From contig OZ024741.1 of assembly GCA_964016885.1 (NCBI GenBank), positions 272,056,001 to 272,120,000 on the forward strand: DNA of 64,000 bases, read 5' to 3'. Origin of the DNA: Eledone cirrhosa (taxonomy: Eukaryota). The notes beneath the pieces are model-generated. The model ran no database searches. It was given only the letters and a program-made list of their open reading frames with translations, and was not told the DNA's origin. Positions 26,071 through 39,672 of this stretch are shown piece by piece. The position numbers were made by a program, and so were the translations under genes. Positions within the stretch are counted from its first letter, which is position 1. Every line of letters starts with the position of its first letter.

Positions 26071-28397
26071 TTAGCTAATTGGTCTAAAATAATAGATGTG
26101 CGGGCAAGAAGAGAATATCTTCGACTTCCTATTTAGCAGGTTCAGTTTGGAATGTATTATGGCGTGTGATTCAGAGAGACAAAGGTCACAGGTCTTGTTA
26201 GGGTGTCTGTACTGCGATGATTTAATGATGATTCTCCAATCAAGCGTGTATTGAATGTCAGTGTTCTTCAGGGGGGATATGTAACTAATTAGGGATGTAG
26301 TATTCTTAAGTCTATCATGTCTAAATGTATAGCGATGGGAGTTGTATCTAGTCTTAAAGGAGGTCGATGTAGACCCTATATATGTTTTGGAGGAGGTCCG
26401 AGTTGTAACATCACATGCGTAGACAATATTGTTTATAAGGCATTGTCCCTTTATTGGGCACTCAGCCTTTCGTCTGCAGTTACATTTGCGGTGTATGTGA
26501 GTCTGCGGCACAGGAGATGTTTGGTTTTCCCTGCGTTCCAGATTTGGCAACCGTACATCAGATGTGTGGATAGTATTGCTGGGTAACGCCGCATCAGGTC
26601 CATCTAGTGGTTGCGAGTGTGCCACAGCTGCAATGGTATCGAAACCCTTTCTAATTTTGTTGTTGTTCGTTATGGCTAGGTGACGAGCTAGATTTGGAGT
26701 AGTGGAGAATGATAGCTTAATTGTGTTTTTATTAATTATACTATGGTATTTACTACGGGGGGGGGGGGGGGGTCCAAGATCGAGAAGAATGCCTTTGGTA
26801 TATTGGTTGATACCTCCGAGTTGTAAGGTGGATTAAAGTAGGAATTAGATCTTCGTCTATTTTTCCTATTTTTCGTACTAGGGGAAGAGTTGGTCCTGGG
26901 CATAGACAACCCATCTTCCGTGGTAGAGAGAACCTGGGGTGGTAACCTTACCCGGAGGGGTTCACAGGCTTCCCTGTCTTTCCTATTGCACTTCAATTTT
27001 CTAGCTTTTATCCTAGTGTTAGTATTATTGCCATACCAATGAGGCGTGTTAAATGGAGTCCCTTGGGGTTGGTCAGAGCCGCCTACAGTACCCGTGTAGT
27101 TCCTATTTTTGTGTCCGCTTCTATTAGGCAAAGCTATATTGTGTGTGATTACATTATATTGTCCGGCCTTGGTGGTTTGGGCGTTGTTATGTATGTAGTA
27201 TATTTTTTCTCTAAAACCGGACTTTGCTAGTGCTTTATTATAGTACCTTGCATTAGACCTAAATGCATGCTCATTATGTGATAGTCTGCTAATCCTGTTA
27301 GACACCCCTTTAATTATGGCATTTAGGACGGGTCTAGAGTGGTTGGAATTTGCATTCACGTATGTTAGCGTTTCATCTGGCTTGTGATAGGGTGAGAAGT
27401 ATTTATTTTCCAAGTCCTGGGTTACGTCTAGAAAGTTAACCGTTTTATTATTTATGTCTATCGTTATGCTAAGGTTAAAGCTTTTGAAGAATTTATGTAG
27501 TTCTTTTCTCGTCCTTTCTATATTGTTTTTATATTCAATAGTGAACAGGGCGTCGTCACGGTATAGCCCGCCTTTGAAATGCGGGAATGTTTTATGCATT
27601 TCATGGAGGAGATAAAGTCCAACCAAGTCAGTGACCTGCGCCGAATCGCTGGACCCCATTGTGACATCAAAATTATTCGGTGTGTTCTTCCGGGTCCAAA
27701 GTTGGTCTTCGAAGAGGATGATAGTTCTCCAGGCAGCAAGGATGATGTCAATTTGGGATCTAGTCAGATCACTATTTTGCATAGCTAATATAAGGGCCTT
27801 ATTTAGAAGGATGGGAGAGATCGAGGTATAGTATAAGTTGATATCGAATTGGATGAATTTCAGGGACTTATGGTTACTAATGCTTGAGAACCATTTATTG
27901 ACCTCCTCAGTATTCCCTCATAGGTCAAGGTAAATTTTACTTCGTATAACAGGGATGACGGCGTCCAAGATTTTCTTACTTATTATCCCTAAGTCAGACT
28001 TAGAGGGGCTAATGAGTCTAATTGAGGGGTTACTAAGGAAGTCCTCTTTGTGATCCTTCAGTGTGAATCTGGGTTGCTTAGGGGTGAAAGGCTGGGTGTA
28101 CCTTTCCAGGTTCAGCATCTTAAGCCCTTTCTTATTTATCTCGTCTAGGTTACTATAGGTAGTTTTCTTATAATTTCTGTGGAGTTCCTTGTATATGAAG
28201 TTTCTGTAAGTCTTGTAGTCCAAGTTATATAAATATTTTGTTTTATCTGAGAGGACGAGAATGTTAGCATTTTCCTCGAAGCCCTTAATAATAGATATAA
28301 GATCTCTACGGAAAGGGTTCTTGCTATGGCTTTTAGTCCTATATCTAATACTCTTCACAAGGTTTAGAAGGTCGCTTTCAAAGCCATCTAGACTACT
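26071..28397 (-). pseudogene. Disrupted Penelope-like RT/GIY-YIG ORF
   Basis: In-frame TGA at 27918-27920 at a normally Trp position, and a frameshift at the G homopolymer 26757-26772. Otherwise colinear. Confidence 0.88.
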
Positions 28398-28624
28398 ATA
28401 TATATATATATTACAGTTCCAGCGGACTGGCTGAAGCCATGCTGAGGCACCGCATCAGCCGCTACACTTTCTATAGCCACCCTTCCTTGGTTGGCGATTG
28501 ATGTAAAAGGGAGTTTGTCGTTGTTGCCCCTATTTGTATTTTGCCTCGTGCTGTGGGTTCATCTGGAAACTTGGTTATCAGGATGTCGAGATGTTTCTTG
28601 AAAATATCGTCGGGTGTAGCTTAT

Positions 28625-29335
28625 AAATAATAATAATAATAATAATGAAAATTACTGTGTACAGTGCTCAGGTGTACTACAACTCATCAAAGGTGCATGT
28701 ATAGTACATAGAATAATGTACAAATATCAGGAAAGTGAACAGTGTATGAGTCATGATATATACACACACACACTCACATGTGCGTGTGTATGGAGGGGGA
28801 ATATCAGGTGTAAGTGTGGTCGAATGTCAGGAAGCTTGGAAGTTTTGAAGGATGCAGTGTCCCGACAGCTAACAATTGATGCAGGTAGTTTCTTCCATGT
28901 TTCAGCAACCCTGCACATGAAAAAATGTTTCCGAAAGTCATGAGAGATGTAGTTTTCTTATTTTGTAAGCATGTCCACGGGTGTTAGACATATAAAATTC
29001 AAAAAGGTGCCCAGGGTTGCTGTTGAAAAGATGTTGCCAGACGACCTAGGAGCTTTTGAACGCCAGGCTAGTGTAGAATCTGATGATTTTTCTTAATGTG
29101 AAGGACGGGAACTTTGGCACTTCACATTAGCGTCCTATTTCATGGTTGGTCCAACTGTCAGTCCTAAAGTTTGGGGCCAGTCCTTCTACAATGTTCAATA
29201 TGTATATCATTGCATATATCTGCCGTCTTCATTCCAGGGAGCTTTAGTTGTTTCAGCCTCTCCCAGTAGTTCATCTCCTTCATTGAGGCAATCTTCTTGG
29301 TATAGCTTCGTTGGATTGCTTCAAGTTCTGTGGTT
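28625..29335 (-). mobile_element. CR1-clade LINE 3' remnants (probably two pieces)
   Basis: Translates to LEAIQRSYTKKI..MNYWERLKQLKL and RKHFF..RVAETWKKLPASIVS; (ATT)n tail. Confidence 0.7.
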
Positions 29336-29346
29336 ATGTATGTATG

Positions 29347-29389
<43 letters not shown>

Positions 29390-29390
<1 letters not shown>

Positions 29391-29542
29391 CTTCTTGATG
29401 ATTTCTCACGAATGAAACAGTTCTAGTCCTGTAGAAGCTTTTCTATATTAAAACATTTATACTCTGCTATGTATGGGGGAGAGTTAGCTGCTGTTTCTTT
29501 ACTGTTACTTACTGTGGTTACCCCCGATTGAACCCGGAATAA

Positions 29543-29545
<3 letters not shown>
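29390..29545 (+). mobile_element. Family B cassette with HHR (core variant UUGAUGA) and 3' tail
   Basis: GCUUC-UUGAUGA-UUUC-UCAC-GAAU-GAAA-CAG-UUCUAGUC-CUG-UA-GAAGC. The tail matches 23927-23995 and 57040-57140 in reverse. Further degenerate copies at 23529-23610 and 54246-54303. Confidence 0.72.
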
Positions 29546-29593
<48 letters not shown>

Positions 29594-29600
29594 TATATCA

Positions 29601-30852
29601 TCTATAAAAGGCAGATTGTTGTTATTGTGTGTGTGCATGTTCCATGTTTATACATTTGCACAATTTCAAACCGATTCGACTCAAAGTCTGTAAGACTGTT
29701 GTAAATGGTCTAACTTAGGTCAACGACTATTTATTTCATTCAAACTCACCCACAATTACGGAAATAATCGATAAAACTAAATACATGACGCTTTACCCCT
29801 CTAATACAATCAGATTTCCTCTCCTCTCTCTACTCCCCTTAAAATTCGATAAAACTACATACATGCTGCAACTTTCTCTTATATACAATTAAACTTACAA
29901 ACTTTAAGAGAGAGAGAGAGAGAACGTTTGTTTTTGAGTGTGGAACGGTCAAACATTTATTTACTTCAATGACAAAGAGAACTTATTACATTTCATACGA
30001 AACAACAATTATTCAAAAGCAACAGATAAATTTATTCAACGACAAAAAAAAATAGCGATAAATCTTTTTTAAAACATCTATCAACGAACGTTGAAGAAAG
30101 AAGTATCAGTTCATTTACTATACACAATAATATTCTCTATGAGGTCACTAAACCTGCTAGAAACAGCAGCTAACTCTCCCCCATATCACACCACTCCCTA
30201 CTGTCTTAAATTTAGAAAACATATCCTCTATGAGGTCACTAAACCTGCTAGAAACAGCAGCTAACTTTCCCCCATATCACACACCTCCCTACTGTCTTAA
30301 ATTTAGAAAACACACATTAGACAACCATGCAGAACAACTCCATCGCAGCTCTGTTGTTCGGCTGGCATCGTCTACGCGCGTGTTGCGCAAGTACTGTGAA
30401 ACAATAAATTTCAACACTTCTTTGCACAGAGATAATATCCATAGGCGAAACTACAATTGTCACTGCTGGCGCAGCTCCTGCTTCGGCAGTCCAAGTCTGC
30501 AATTCATTCACCCAGTTCCTGGCAGACAAAAAAGTGCTGCCATAAAATGGGTGGTGCAACCTAACTTTGGTAACTTACTGACCCCGAGCAACGCTGGGCT
30601 TTAATGCTAGTATATATATATATCAGAAGTACATATTGAGTTAAAAATTCCCAATAGTCCCTTATAATTAAAATAGCTGAAGGAAAACATTTTCCGAGTC
30701 TCAGAATTGGCACATATTGGGTAGGGGACCCCTTTTGGAAAAAGTCGATGATTTTGTAAAAGTATAGTTTTCGAAGCAGCACTGAAGTATTGACATAAAT
30801 GGTATACACAATTGCTATTTAATATCCGAGCAACGCCGGGTACCTCTGCTAG
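29601..30852 (+). mobile_element. Non-autonomous Helitron(s) with two successive 3' ends
   Basis: A|TC start; CCGAGCAACGCYGGG hairpin plus CTAG at 30607-30610 and again at 30849-30852. Confidence 0.75.
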
Positions 30853-30853
30853 A

Positions 30854-30893
<40 letters not shown>

Positions 30894-31210
30894 CATACAT
30901 CTATATACGTACATATATATTGTTTTACCTGTTCCAGCCGAGTGACTAAGGCCATGCTGGGGCAGCACCATTGTTACTGCAGTTTCTATAAGCTGATTTT
31001 TCTTTGGTTGTTCAACGATGCATGAGGCAGTTTGTTAATGTTGCCCTTATTTCTACTTTTTGTCATGTCATGGGATCGTGGGATTGCGGGATGAAGGGAT
31101 CGTGGGATCTGCATTTTAGCAGAATGGCGACATGCTTCTTGAAAACAAGCACACGCACGCTCATGTACATATAGACACACACACGCGTGCGTGTGTGTCT
31201 ATATGTACGC

Positions 31211-31257
<47 letters not shown>

Positions 31258-31909
31258 ACGAAGGGGGTTGGTAAGGAACCAGATGGACCATAACACACCA
31301 GAGTACTCAATATTTAGGGGAGTAGAACATTTTCCTATATATCTATATATGAATGTATGTATAGTATATTTGGCAATATATATATATATATATATGAATG
31401 TATGTATAGTATATTTGGCTATATATATATATATCTATCTATATATATATATGAATGTATGTATAGTATATTTGGCTATATATATATATATATGAATGTA
31501 TGTATAGTATATTTGGCAATATACATATATATACTTACGGTAAATATTGATACAATTCACTTCAAGCACTCAACTTTTTTTTTTCTACATAGGAAAACGG
31601 AGTTTATTTAGAATGAGAAAATGCGAAGTAGTTTCAGATGTTAAAGTCCTTTATTGATAAGGCTGTGATACATATTTCAATGACGACAGTGGCCACACGA
31701 TTCCGTGTACCCAGTGTTATGACATGATTAGACAGCTTCTTATATTATAAGGTTACGTTCCCAAGGCAATCCAAACAGAAACGACAAGGGAACGGACAAG
31801 ACGCGTGCTCTTGAATGCCTCGGCCTTTCCCCTGTGAGCTCCAATTCACCTGTACAGGTCTGCGCAGGCGCAAAAGGAAGTTGACCATCCACCACCACTC
31901 TGTCTCTCA

Positions 31910-32085
31910 TTATCGGTAGAGGGTCGGACGCCATGCTTTCCAGCATAGTTACGTCCCTTTACGATCTGAGTTCAAATTCCGCCGAGGTTGACTTTGCCTT
32001 TCATCCTTACGGGGTCGATAAAATAAAGTACCAGTAATGCACTGAGTAATTTTGGCCTTGTGCCTAAAAGTAGAAACAATTATTG
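31910..32085 (+). mobile_element. Nin/Deu-type SINE
   Basis: Consensus match to the other copies. Confidence 0.8.
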
Positions 32086-32139
32086 GCTTACTTCCTCCCT
32101 CGCTACACAGTACATTTATCACCCTCATTGCCACACCTC

Positions 32140-32750
32140 TTACCATCGGCAGCACCACATCTCATACCATCGACAGTACCACATCTCATACCATCGCCAG
32201 CGCACCTCATACCATCGACAGCGCACCTCATACCATCGGCAGCACCATACCTCATACCATCGACAACATCACCCCTCATACCATCGACAGCACCACACCT
32301 CATACCATCGGCAGCACAATACCTCATACCATCGGCAGCACAATACCTCATACCATCGGCAGCACAATACCTCATACCATCGGCAGCACAATACCTCATA
32401 CCATCGACAGCAACACCACAACCACTATCAACACCACCACCCTCACCACAACCACTATCAACACCACCACCCTCACCACCACCACTATCAACACCACCAC
32501 CCTCACCACCACCACTATCACTACCACCACCACCAATGCCACCACCACAACCACTATCAACACCCTCACCACAACCACTATCAACACCACCATCACAAAC
32601 ACAACCACTATCAACACCACCACAACCACTACCACCACCCTCACCACAACCACTATCAACACCACCACCCTCACCACAACCACTATCAACACCACCACCC
32701 TCACCACCACCACTATCACCACCACCACCACCACCACCACCACCACTATA
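32140..32750. repeat. 21-bp minisatellite (CCTCATACCATCGGCAGCACA-like) grading into a (CAC)n-derived repeat
   Basis: Direct reading of the sequence. Confidence 0.9.
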
Positions 32751-33194
32751 AATTAATCTGTTTCAAAACAAGTTAGTTTTTTTTATCCGTTAGGTAGTTT
32801 TTCTCTTGTTTGAAATTTTGAAAAACACCTTACAATACCCCGCTCTCTCTCTGCTACCATACACCCCCCTCTTTCTCCTACTATATGATCTCTTCCTCCT
32901 GCTGTATTCCCTTACTCCACCTTACTATATCCCCCCTTTTTCTCCTGCCGTATCACCCTTCTCCCTCACCTTGCTAAATCTCCCTCTTCCTACCACACCT
33001 TGCTATAACACCCCTTCCCCACCTTGCTATATCCCTCCCTCTTCCTACACATTACTGTACCACCTTCCCCTCACACTTTCCTCTGCCATATCACTCCACC
33101 CCACTGCTACCGCAACACCCGCCACCCTTCGCATACCTTAAGATACCACCCTAACACCCTGCTTCTACTCAATGTAGATTTTACTACTTGACAG

Positions 33195-33680
33195 ATGGTG
33201 GTATTGGTAGAGGTGGTGATGGTGTTGATCGGTTATGGTTGTTGTTGTGGTGGTGGTGATGGTGGTGGTGGTGGTAGTTGTGGTGGTGGTGGTAGTTGTG
33301 ATGCTGGTGATTGTTGTTAAAATAGTTGTGATGATAGTGGTGGTATTGGTAGTTGTGATGGTAGTTAAAGTGGTGGTGGTGGTGGTTGGGGTGATGGTTA
33401 AAGTGGTTGTTGTTGTGGTGGTGGTGGTGGTGGTTGGGGTGGTGGTTAAAGTGGTTGTGGTGATAGTGGTGGTGGTGGTTGGGGTAGTGGTTAAAGTGGT
33501 TGTTGTGGTGATGGTGATGGTGGTGGTGGTTGTTGTGGTAATGGTGGTTATGGTTGTTATTGTAGTGGTGGTGATGTTGGTAGTGATACTGGTGGCATTG
33601 GTGGTGAAGATGATGGTGATGGTGGTGGTGATGAGGATGGTAGTGTTGATGATGGTGGTGGTGGTGGTGATGGTGGTGAG
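33195..33680. repeat. (GGT/GTT)n degenerate microsatellite
   Basis: Direct reading of the sequence. Confidence 0.9.
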
Positions 33681-34170
33681 CCTTTGTTTATTACTGGTTT
33701 CTTCCTCTGATACCTCGTTTTCCTTTCATTTTTTTCTTGTTCCTTTTCTTCCTTTTCTCCTTTGTCTTTTTCTTCTTTCATTCTTCCCGTTCTTTCTCCT
33801 CCTCCTCCTCTCTCTATCTATCATCACTTCCCCTCCCACTCCCTCACACAAAACAATATTAAGTCTAGCCAAAGAAGGAGCAGTCTACCTGATTTCTCGA
33901 CTTCCTAAAAAAAGCAACCAAATTTTCCTCAAATCACATTCTACCTTATATATATATTGTTTTTCAATGACTAATTCCATAATGTGATCCTACCTATATT
34001 ACGTCAGATAAACTATTTTATTTTAATGTTGCTGTTCTGCCTCACGTCATCGTCTCAATTTATTGGTCGGTAGTCCTTCATCAAGAAAGTTTAAAGTTAG
34101 AAGAGAGGAGATTGGAAGATTGAAGAAAAAGATTTATAAGAATGGTTGATTTGGGTATACTATATATATA

Positions 34171-34375
34171 CAGGGTGCGGACAATATTTGTTCGCAAGAT
34201 TACTGTGTAGGAAAAAATAACAGTAGTTTTATTTTTTAAGGTATATTTATCAAACTTGGGTCAGTTTGTCTTCATGACTTGTTCTTTCGATCTCACTCGA
34301 TAAACCCGCCATTGGCTTTGATGACGGCCTCAAGGTGGCCTCGGAACCGGCTACAGGCCTTCGTCAGTGGTGAGC
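34171..34375 (-). mobile_element. Tc1/mariner transposon 3' remnant
   Basis: KACSRFRGHLEAVIKANGGFIE* is a typical transposase C-terminus; TA|CAGGGTG TIR end. Confidence 0.75.
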
Positions 34376-34469
34376 ACTCGATGTTTAGGTTCACGTCAGT
34401 GGTGATGTGTAGAGCTAGACAGAGTGTAAATATAATAATACAAGGATGATTTGAAGGCTTAACAAATCG

Positions 34470-34645
34470 TCTTAGAGGGTCGGACGCCATGATTTGCATA
34501 ATAGAGTTACGGCCCTTTACGGTCTGAGTTCAAATACCGCCGAGGTTAACTATGTCTTTCATCCTTACGGGGTCGATAAAATAAAATTCCAGTAATGCAC
34601 TGGGATAATTGCTGGCCTTGTGCCAAAAGTAGAAACAATTATTAT
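34470..34645 (+). mobile_element. Nin/Deu-type SINE
   Basis: Consensus match to the other copies. Confidence 0.75.
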
Positions 34646-34721
34646 AAGGATTGTAACGTCCAGTTAGTGTAAGTTCACCAGTGTGATAAATGGAATGAAG
34701 ACATAACAAATTGTCCTTTTT

Positions 34722-35866
34722 ATTATCATTATTATTATAGTTGCATTTATCTTGCTTTATGTTCATACGAGTTATCACCAAGTCACAACCAGTGACCTCA
34801 AGAGACAACAAGGTCCGCGATGTTCAAGAAAGAACATTCATACACACACATGCATCTTTAGGTGTTTAGACTTGTGATGTACTTATATTGACAGAATCTT
34901 CCTTAGTATATGAGCAGTTCCCATTAGTACTATCTTTTCTATTTCTCCTATAGGCGGGTTTCCTGGGATTTGCGATAAGTACTCATTAGACCCCTTAGGT
35001 ATCATTTCTAGAGTGCCTACAACCACTGGTATTGTTTTAGTTCTCAGTTTCCATATTTTTCCAATTTCTATCTCCAGGTCCTTATACTTGCTCAATTTTT
35101 CAAATGTTTTTATAGATACATTCTTGTTTATTGGAACGGACATATCAATTAGCAGGCATACCCTCTTTTTAAAGTTCTTCAGTATTATATCTGGTCTATT
35201 TACATCTATTTTTCGGTCTGTTTGGATGCTATAAAGTTCCACAAGATTGAGATGTGATCTTTTTCAAGTATGGGAGGTGGTTGATGCTCTCACCAATTCT
35301 TTTGATGGGGCAGGTCAAAATGCTTACACATTATCCAATGTATGTATTGTGCAGCTCTGTCATGCCTGTTTAGGTATTCGGTTGGAGCTATAGGACTGCA
35401 CATTGAGATTATATGATCAAGGGTCTCTGGTTGTTTTTTGCATATACGGCATAATGGGTTGCATCCATTTTTTTATGTTGGCTTGGTAATTTTTTGTTGG
35501 CAGATACTGATCTTGTGCTGATATAATCAGTCCTTCAGTCTCCGATTTCAGTCCAGAGGATGCCAACCACTGATGGGTTAAAGTGTTGTCAACATCAGGA
35601 TTGTTAGCTCTTTCTGGGTATTTTCCATACAGAGGCTTTTCTTGCCATTTCTTAGCCAGTTTCTGTAGCAGTTCTTTCTTTGCAGTTACTTTTACCTGCT
35701 TTGCTTTTTCTGTGTTTTCCATTTCAGCAGTAAATGGGACTTCTGAAATTTGTAGTCCATTACTGTGTCTTTGTGCATCTTTTGTAATGGAGTATGATCT
35801 TTTGATGCTTTTGTGTTTCAAAACGAGTTTGATCATCCAATCATGTGATTCCCTTAGATATGTAGA
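34722..35866 (-). mobile_element. 5'-truncated R4/Dong-type non-LTR element (CCHC knuckle plus restriction-like endonuclease), frameshifted
   Basis: ETEGLIISAQDQ, CRIC..ETLDHIISMC..YLNRHD, RPDI..LIDMSVP..EKLSKY; (TAA)n-like sequence at both ends. Confidence 0.85.
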
Positions 35867-36374
35867 TAATAATAATTATTATTATTATATATAATAAAGA
35901 AAACATTATTATTATTATATATATATTTATATTTACAAAGCATAAAAAAAAATGAATAAAAAAATGAATAATAAATATTGCCTCTACAAGTAACCAAAGG
36001 GTGTACACATTTTTTTTGGACACCCTGTGTATATATATATATATATACAATGTGGTCTACGATCGTAAAACAATCATTGTTAAACTAATATATATATATA
36101 TATATATTTATTTTTTTTAACATTCAACAGACTATTATTATTAATGTTCGATATAACCCATATGTACATATGTATGTGTGTGCGTGCGTGTGTACGTACA
36201 TGTGCATACGTATATATCTACCTCTTTCTCTCTCTATATATAATAGGTGTGCTAATATTATATTATAATTATAATATTAATTGGAGTTAATTATACTCAT
36301 TTACAGGGTGTTACTGTACAAATGTTATTTAAACTATTAATGTAAGTCCTGTAGTAACCATTTCTATATTAAAT

Positions 36375-37244
36375 CTCTCTCTGTATAAGACTCTTTGTCT
36401 CTCTGTCTGTCTGTCCGTTCCTGTGTATTCTCAAACGGCTGGACCAAATCAAATCAAATTTTGCTAGGTAATAAATAATATTAGACCCCAGGAGTGTCAA
36501 CATGTAATTTTTATTTTCATTTGGATTAAAAAAATATAATATTTTATCTAAAATGGCCTTTTTATAGTGAACTATAGTAAACCACCACCATCACGATGAT
36601 GTCACATTTTGTATATGTGTTTGTGTCTGTGAGTGTGTATGTGTTTGCGAGTTCATTACATACGTTAGGCCTGAGAAAATTAAACACACACACATCTACA
36701 TATACAGATACATATGTGATGACACAGGTGTGCGTGAATGTATGTTAGTATATGAATGTGAGAGTAAGTGTGATAATTTTTATTTTCATTTGGATTAACA
36801 ACACAACGACGTCACATGTGTCTGTGAGTGTGTTCATTAGGTATATTATTAAATACACCCACATATCTACACATACATATACATATGTAGCGATTAAAAA
36901 AAATGAGGTGAAAAGCTATGCGTGTGTCTGAGTGAATGTATGTCTGTGTGTCGCTGTCTTAGTATATGTATGTGAGAGTGTATGTGTGTGAGTGTGTAGC
37001 AACAATTTATTCATTTGAACACCAACAAAAAATTACACAATGAATATTGTTTACCCTACGGTGCTTCAAGATTGACAAATTTTCATTTTTAAATTCTAAT
37101 ATCATTACAATTTTGATATTTCTTTTATAAAATATAGATATTCTGAAATAATTATGAGAAAAAAAAAACATATCTTCATAGTTATTGTTTACTAATCTGA
37201 ATAAGAACAGCAGTAACTCGGGCAACGCCGGGTAATTCAGCTGG
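36375..37244 (+). mobile_element. Non-autonomous Helitron
   Basis: TC start with (CTGT)n; 3' CTCGGGCAACGCCGGG hairpin plus CTGG. Confidence 0.7.
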
Positions 37245-37570
37245 CCTTTATATATAATGATCTCAACCCAAATGCTTTTATTCATAAAATATATTTTGAC
37301 TTTACATTAGATAAAACGCTTTTTCCCCTTGATCTATTTCTTCGAAAACTTTTGGCACTATATATATATATATATATATACTGTGCCATTTATTTCTTCA
37401 TGTATATGTCAACTATTTTCATTAACCACCCACACATCATCTACATACACGTGTGTGTGTTGTGTGTGTGTGTACTAAAGAAACCTATGTTGGTGGGACT
37501 TTAAAAAAAAAGGGTGTGGAACAAACCAGCCCTTACACGTGTGTGTATGCTATGGTTAAACAACAGAAGC

Positions 37571-37601
<31 letters not shown>

Positions 37602-38747
37602 GCATGGTTATAGCAAAACCTATTTATTTGTCATGTGCCAATGTCAACAGCATGATTTGGGTGTAATGATGGTTTAAAGCACCTTATACTGATGTCATTG
37701 AATGACTGTACCCCTGTGGGTAGGCTGGAGTTGGTGTGGGAGGTGAAGGGGAGACAGATGTTGTGTGGAGGGAGTGTATGTGTGTGTGTGAGAGAAAGGG
37801 TCATTGTATGTGTGTAAAGGTGAGAGAGAGAAAGAGACGTTGTATGTGTGTAAGGGAGAGAGAGAGAGACATTGTATGTGTGTAAGAGAGAAAGAGACAG
37901 TGTATGTGTGTAAAAGAGGGAGAGAGAGAGACAGTGTGTAAGAGAGAGAGAGACAGTGTGTGAGAGAGAGAGACAGACAGACATTGTATATGTGTAAGAG
38001 AGGGAGAGAGAGAGAGAGAGAGACAGACATTGTATATGTGTAAGAGGGAGAGCGACAGCACACGTGTGTGTGTGTGTGTGTGTGTGTAAGAGCATATGAA
38101 TACACACATACACAGAGGCACCTGGCACACACAGGCACCAGACATACACATCTACTAATATATAATACTCTTGTGTATTTGTCTGTCATACACTAGAGAT
38201 GACTGAAGAATGAAGGGATAATGACAAACTGAGGTGATAACGTCAACTAAGGAAGGAATGACACCTGTGTGTGATTATATGTATAGCGAATTAGCTACAC
38301 ACGTTGGCTGTTATGATTATGTGTGTGTTTGTGTGTGTGTATATGTGTGTTTGTGTAAATTATATTTATATATATTTGTGTGAGTGTATGTGTGTTTGTT
38401 TGTGTTTATTTAGAAAGATACGTAGACAATAGAATTACAAACACACATGCATCTACACATACACATATATAAACAGACAAACTTAGAAAAAATAATTATT
38501 ACATACACACACATCTATGTGATGGCTGAGGAAGTCCAGCTTCTAAGATTCGTCACAGCTGTGTGTGTATGTGTAGCTATTTTGCTACACACATTGACTG
38601 TGTGTTTGTATGTTTGTATTACTTGTGTGATTGAGCGTGAAGGAACCAAACAACAAACAAACATGTAAACATCTCTGTTTTATATTATGTATAGATATTA
38701 CAATTAGACATCATTTTTTATGGCACAGGGCTAGCTAGCATTATATA

Positions 38748-39198
38748 TAGGGCGATTGGCAGTATCGGTACAAGGTCGGACGCCATGCTTTGCAGCATAG
38801 AGTTTCACCCCTTTATAATCTGAGTTCAAATCCCACCGAGGTTCACTTTGTCTTTCATCCTTAAGGGGTCGATAAAATAAAGTACCAGTAATGTACTGAG
38901 ATAATTGCAGGCGTTGTACCAAAAGTAGAAACAATTATATATAAGGCGGTGGATTGGCAGTATCGGTAGATACTGCTTTCACCTATCTTAATAATTCACA
39001 CTACCACTACAACCACTACCACCAACCACCAGCACCACTACCACCGCCATGGTTTGCAACATAGAGTTACGGCCCTTTACGACCTGAGTTCAAATCTCGC
39101 CGAGGTTAACTTTGCCTTTCATCCCTACGGGTTCGATAAAATAAAGAACCAGTAATGCACTGGGATAATTGCTAGCCTTGTGCCAAAAGTAGAAACAA
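38748..39198 (+). mobile_element. Two tandem Nin/Deu-type SINEs (the second interrupted)
   Basis: Consensus matches at 38748-38938 and 38944-39198. Confidence 0.75.
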
Positions 39199-39672
39199 TC
39201 TATATATATAAAAGTGAGGATGTGTGTGTGTGTGGACAACTTTGGACAGCTAAGGCTTTTACAATTCCCAACCGAATTTGACCAAATTTTCTGTACACGT
39301 TGCACCTGTCGACCCATGTTGAGCAATAAAAAATCGATAGCAAATCGATATTATTTTTTCTAAAGTGCATGATGTAAGGTGGAAATCAATCAAAACAAAA
39401 TCCTTATGAGACTTTCCATTCAAACTGTTGGGACCTACAACTTTTCAGCTGTAGCTTGCATATTTTTTTGTCACTCGCGACAAAATTGTAGGTGTTTATT
39501 CTCTGCACTACAAGGCTCTTAAGGGAGCATCGATTTTCTTCTAAGTCACATGCCTCTGTCAGCAAACCCATAAAAACTAAATCCTTATGGGATTTTCCAT
39601 TCAATTTACTTCCTAGCTGTATATTCTTAGCATAATTTCAAACCCCCAGGCAACGCCGGGTAAATCTGCTAG
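39199..39672 (+). mobile_element. Non-autonomous Helitron
   Basis: A|TCTATATATATAAAAGTGAGGATGTGTG ... CCCAGGCAACGCCGGG-TAAATCTG-CTAG|T. Confidence 0.85.

Larger units (their letters stand above)
24027..28397 (-). mobile_element. Penelope-like element (RT plus C-terminal GIY-YIG), 5'-truncated, about 2 kb 3' region ending in an HHR; (TA)n on both sides
   Basis: RT motifs FIQFDI, FDVTMGS.D.A, GLYRDD, NFLDVT; endonuclease CNCR..CP..G.CL, IVY..YIGST..FKTRY..H, CDLC..E..I..LN. The pattern resembles the Nematis clade (from memory). Confidence 0.9.

Noticed and set aside
27918-27920. In-frame TGA as selenocysteine, as in Naiad PLEs
   Set aside because: It aligns to a conserved Trp (L-W-x-N-T), so TGG>TGA is the simpler explanation, and the endonuclease here is C-terminal.
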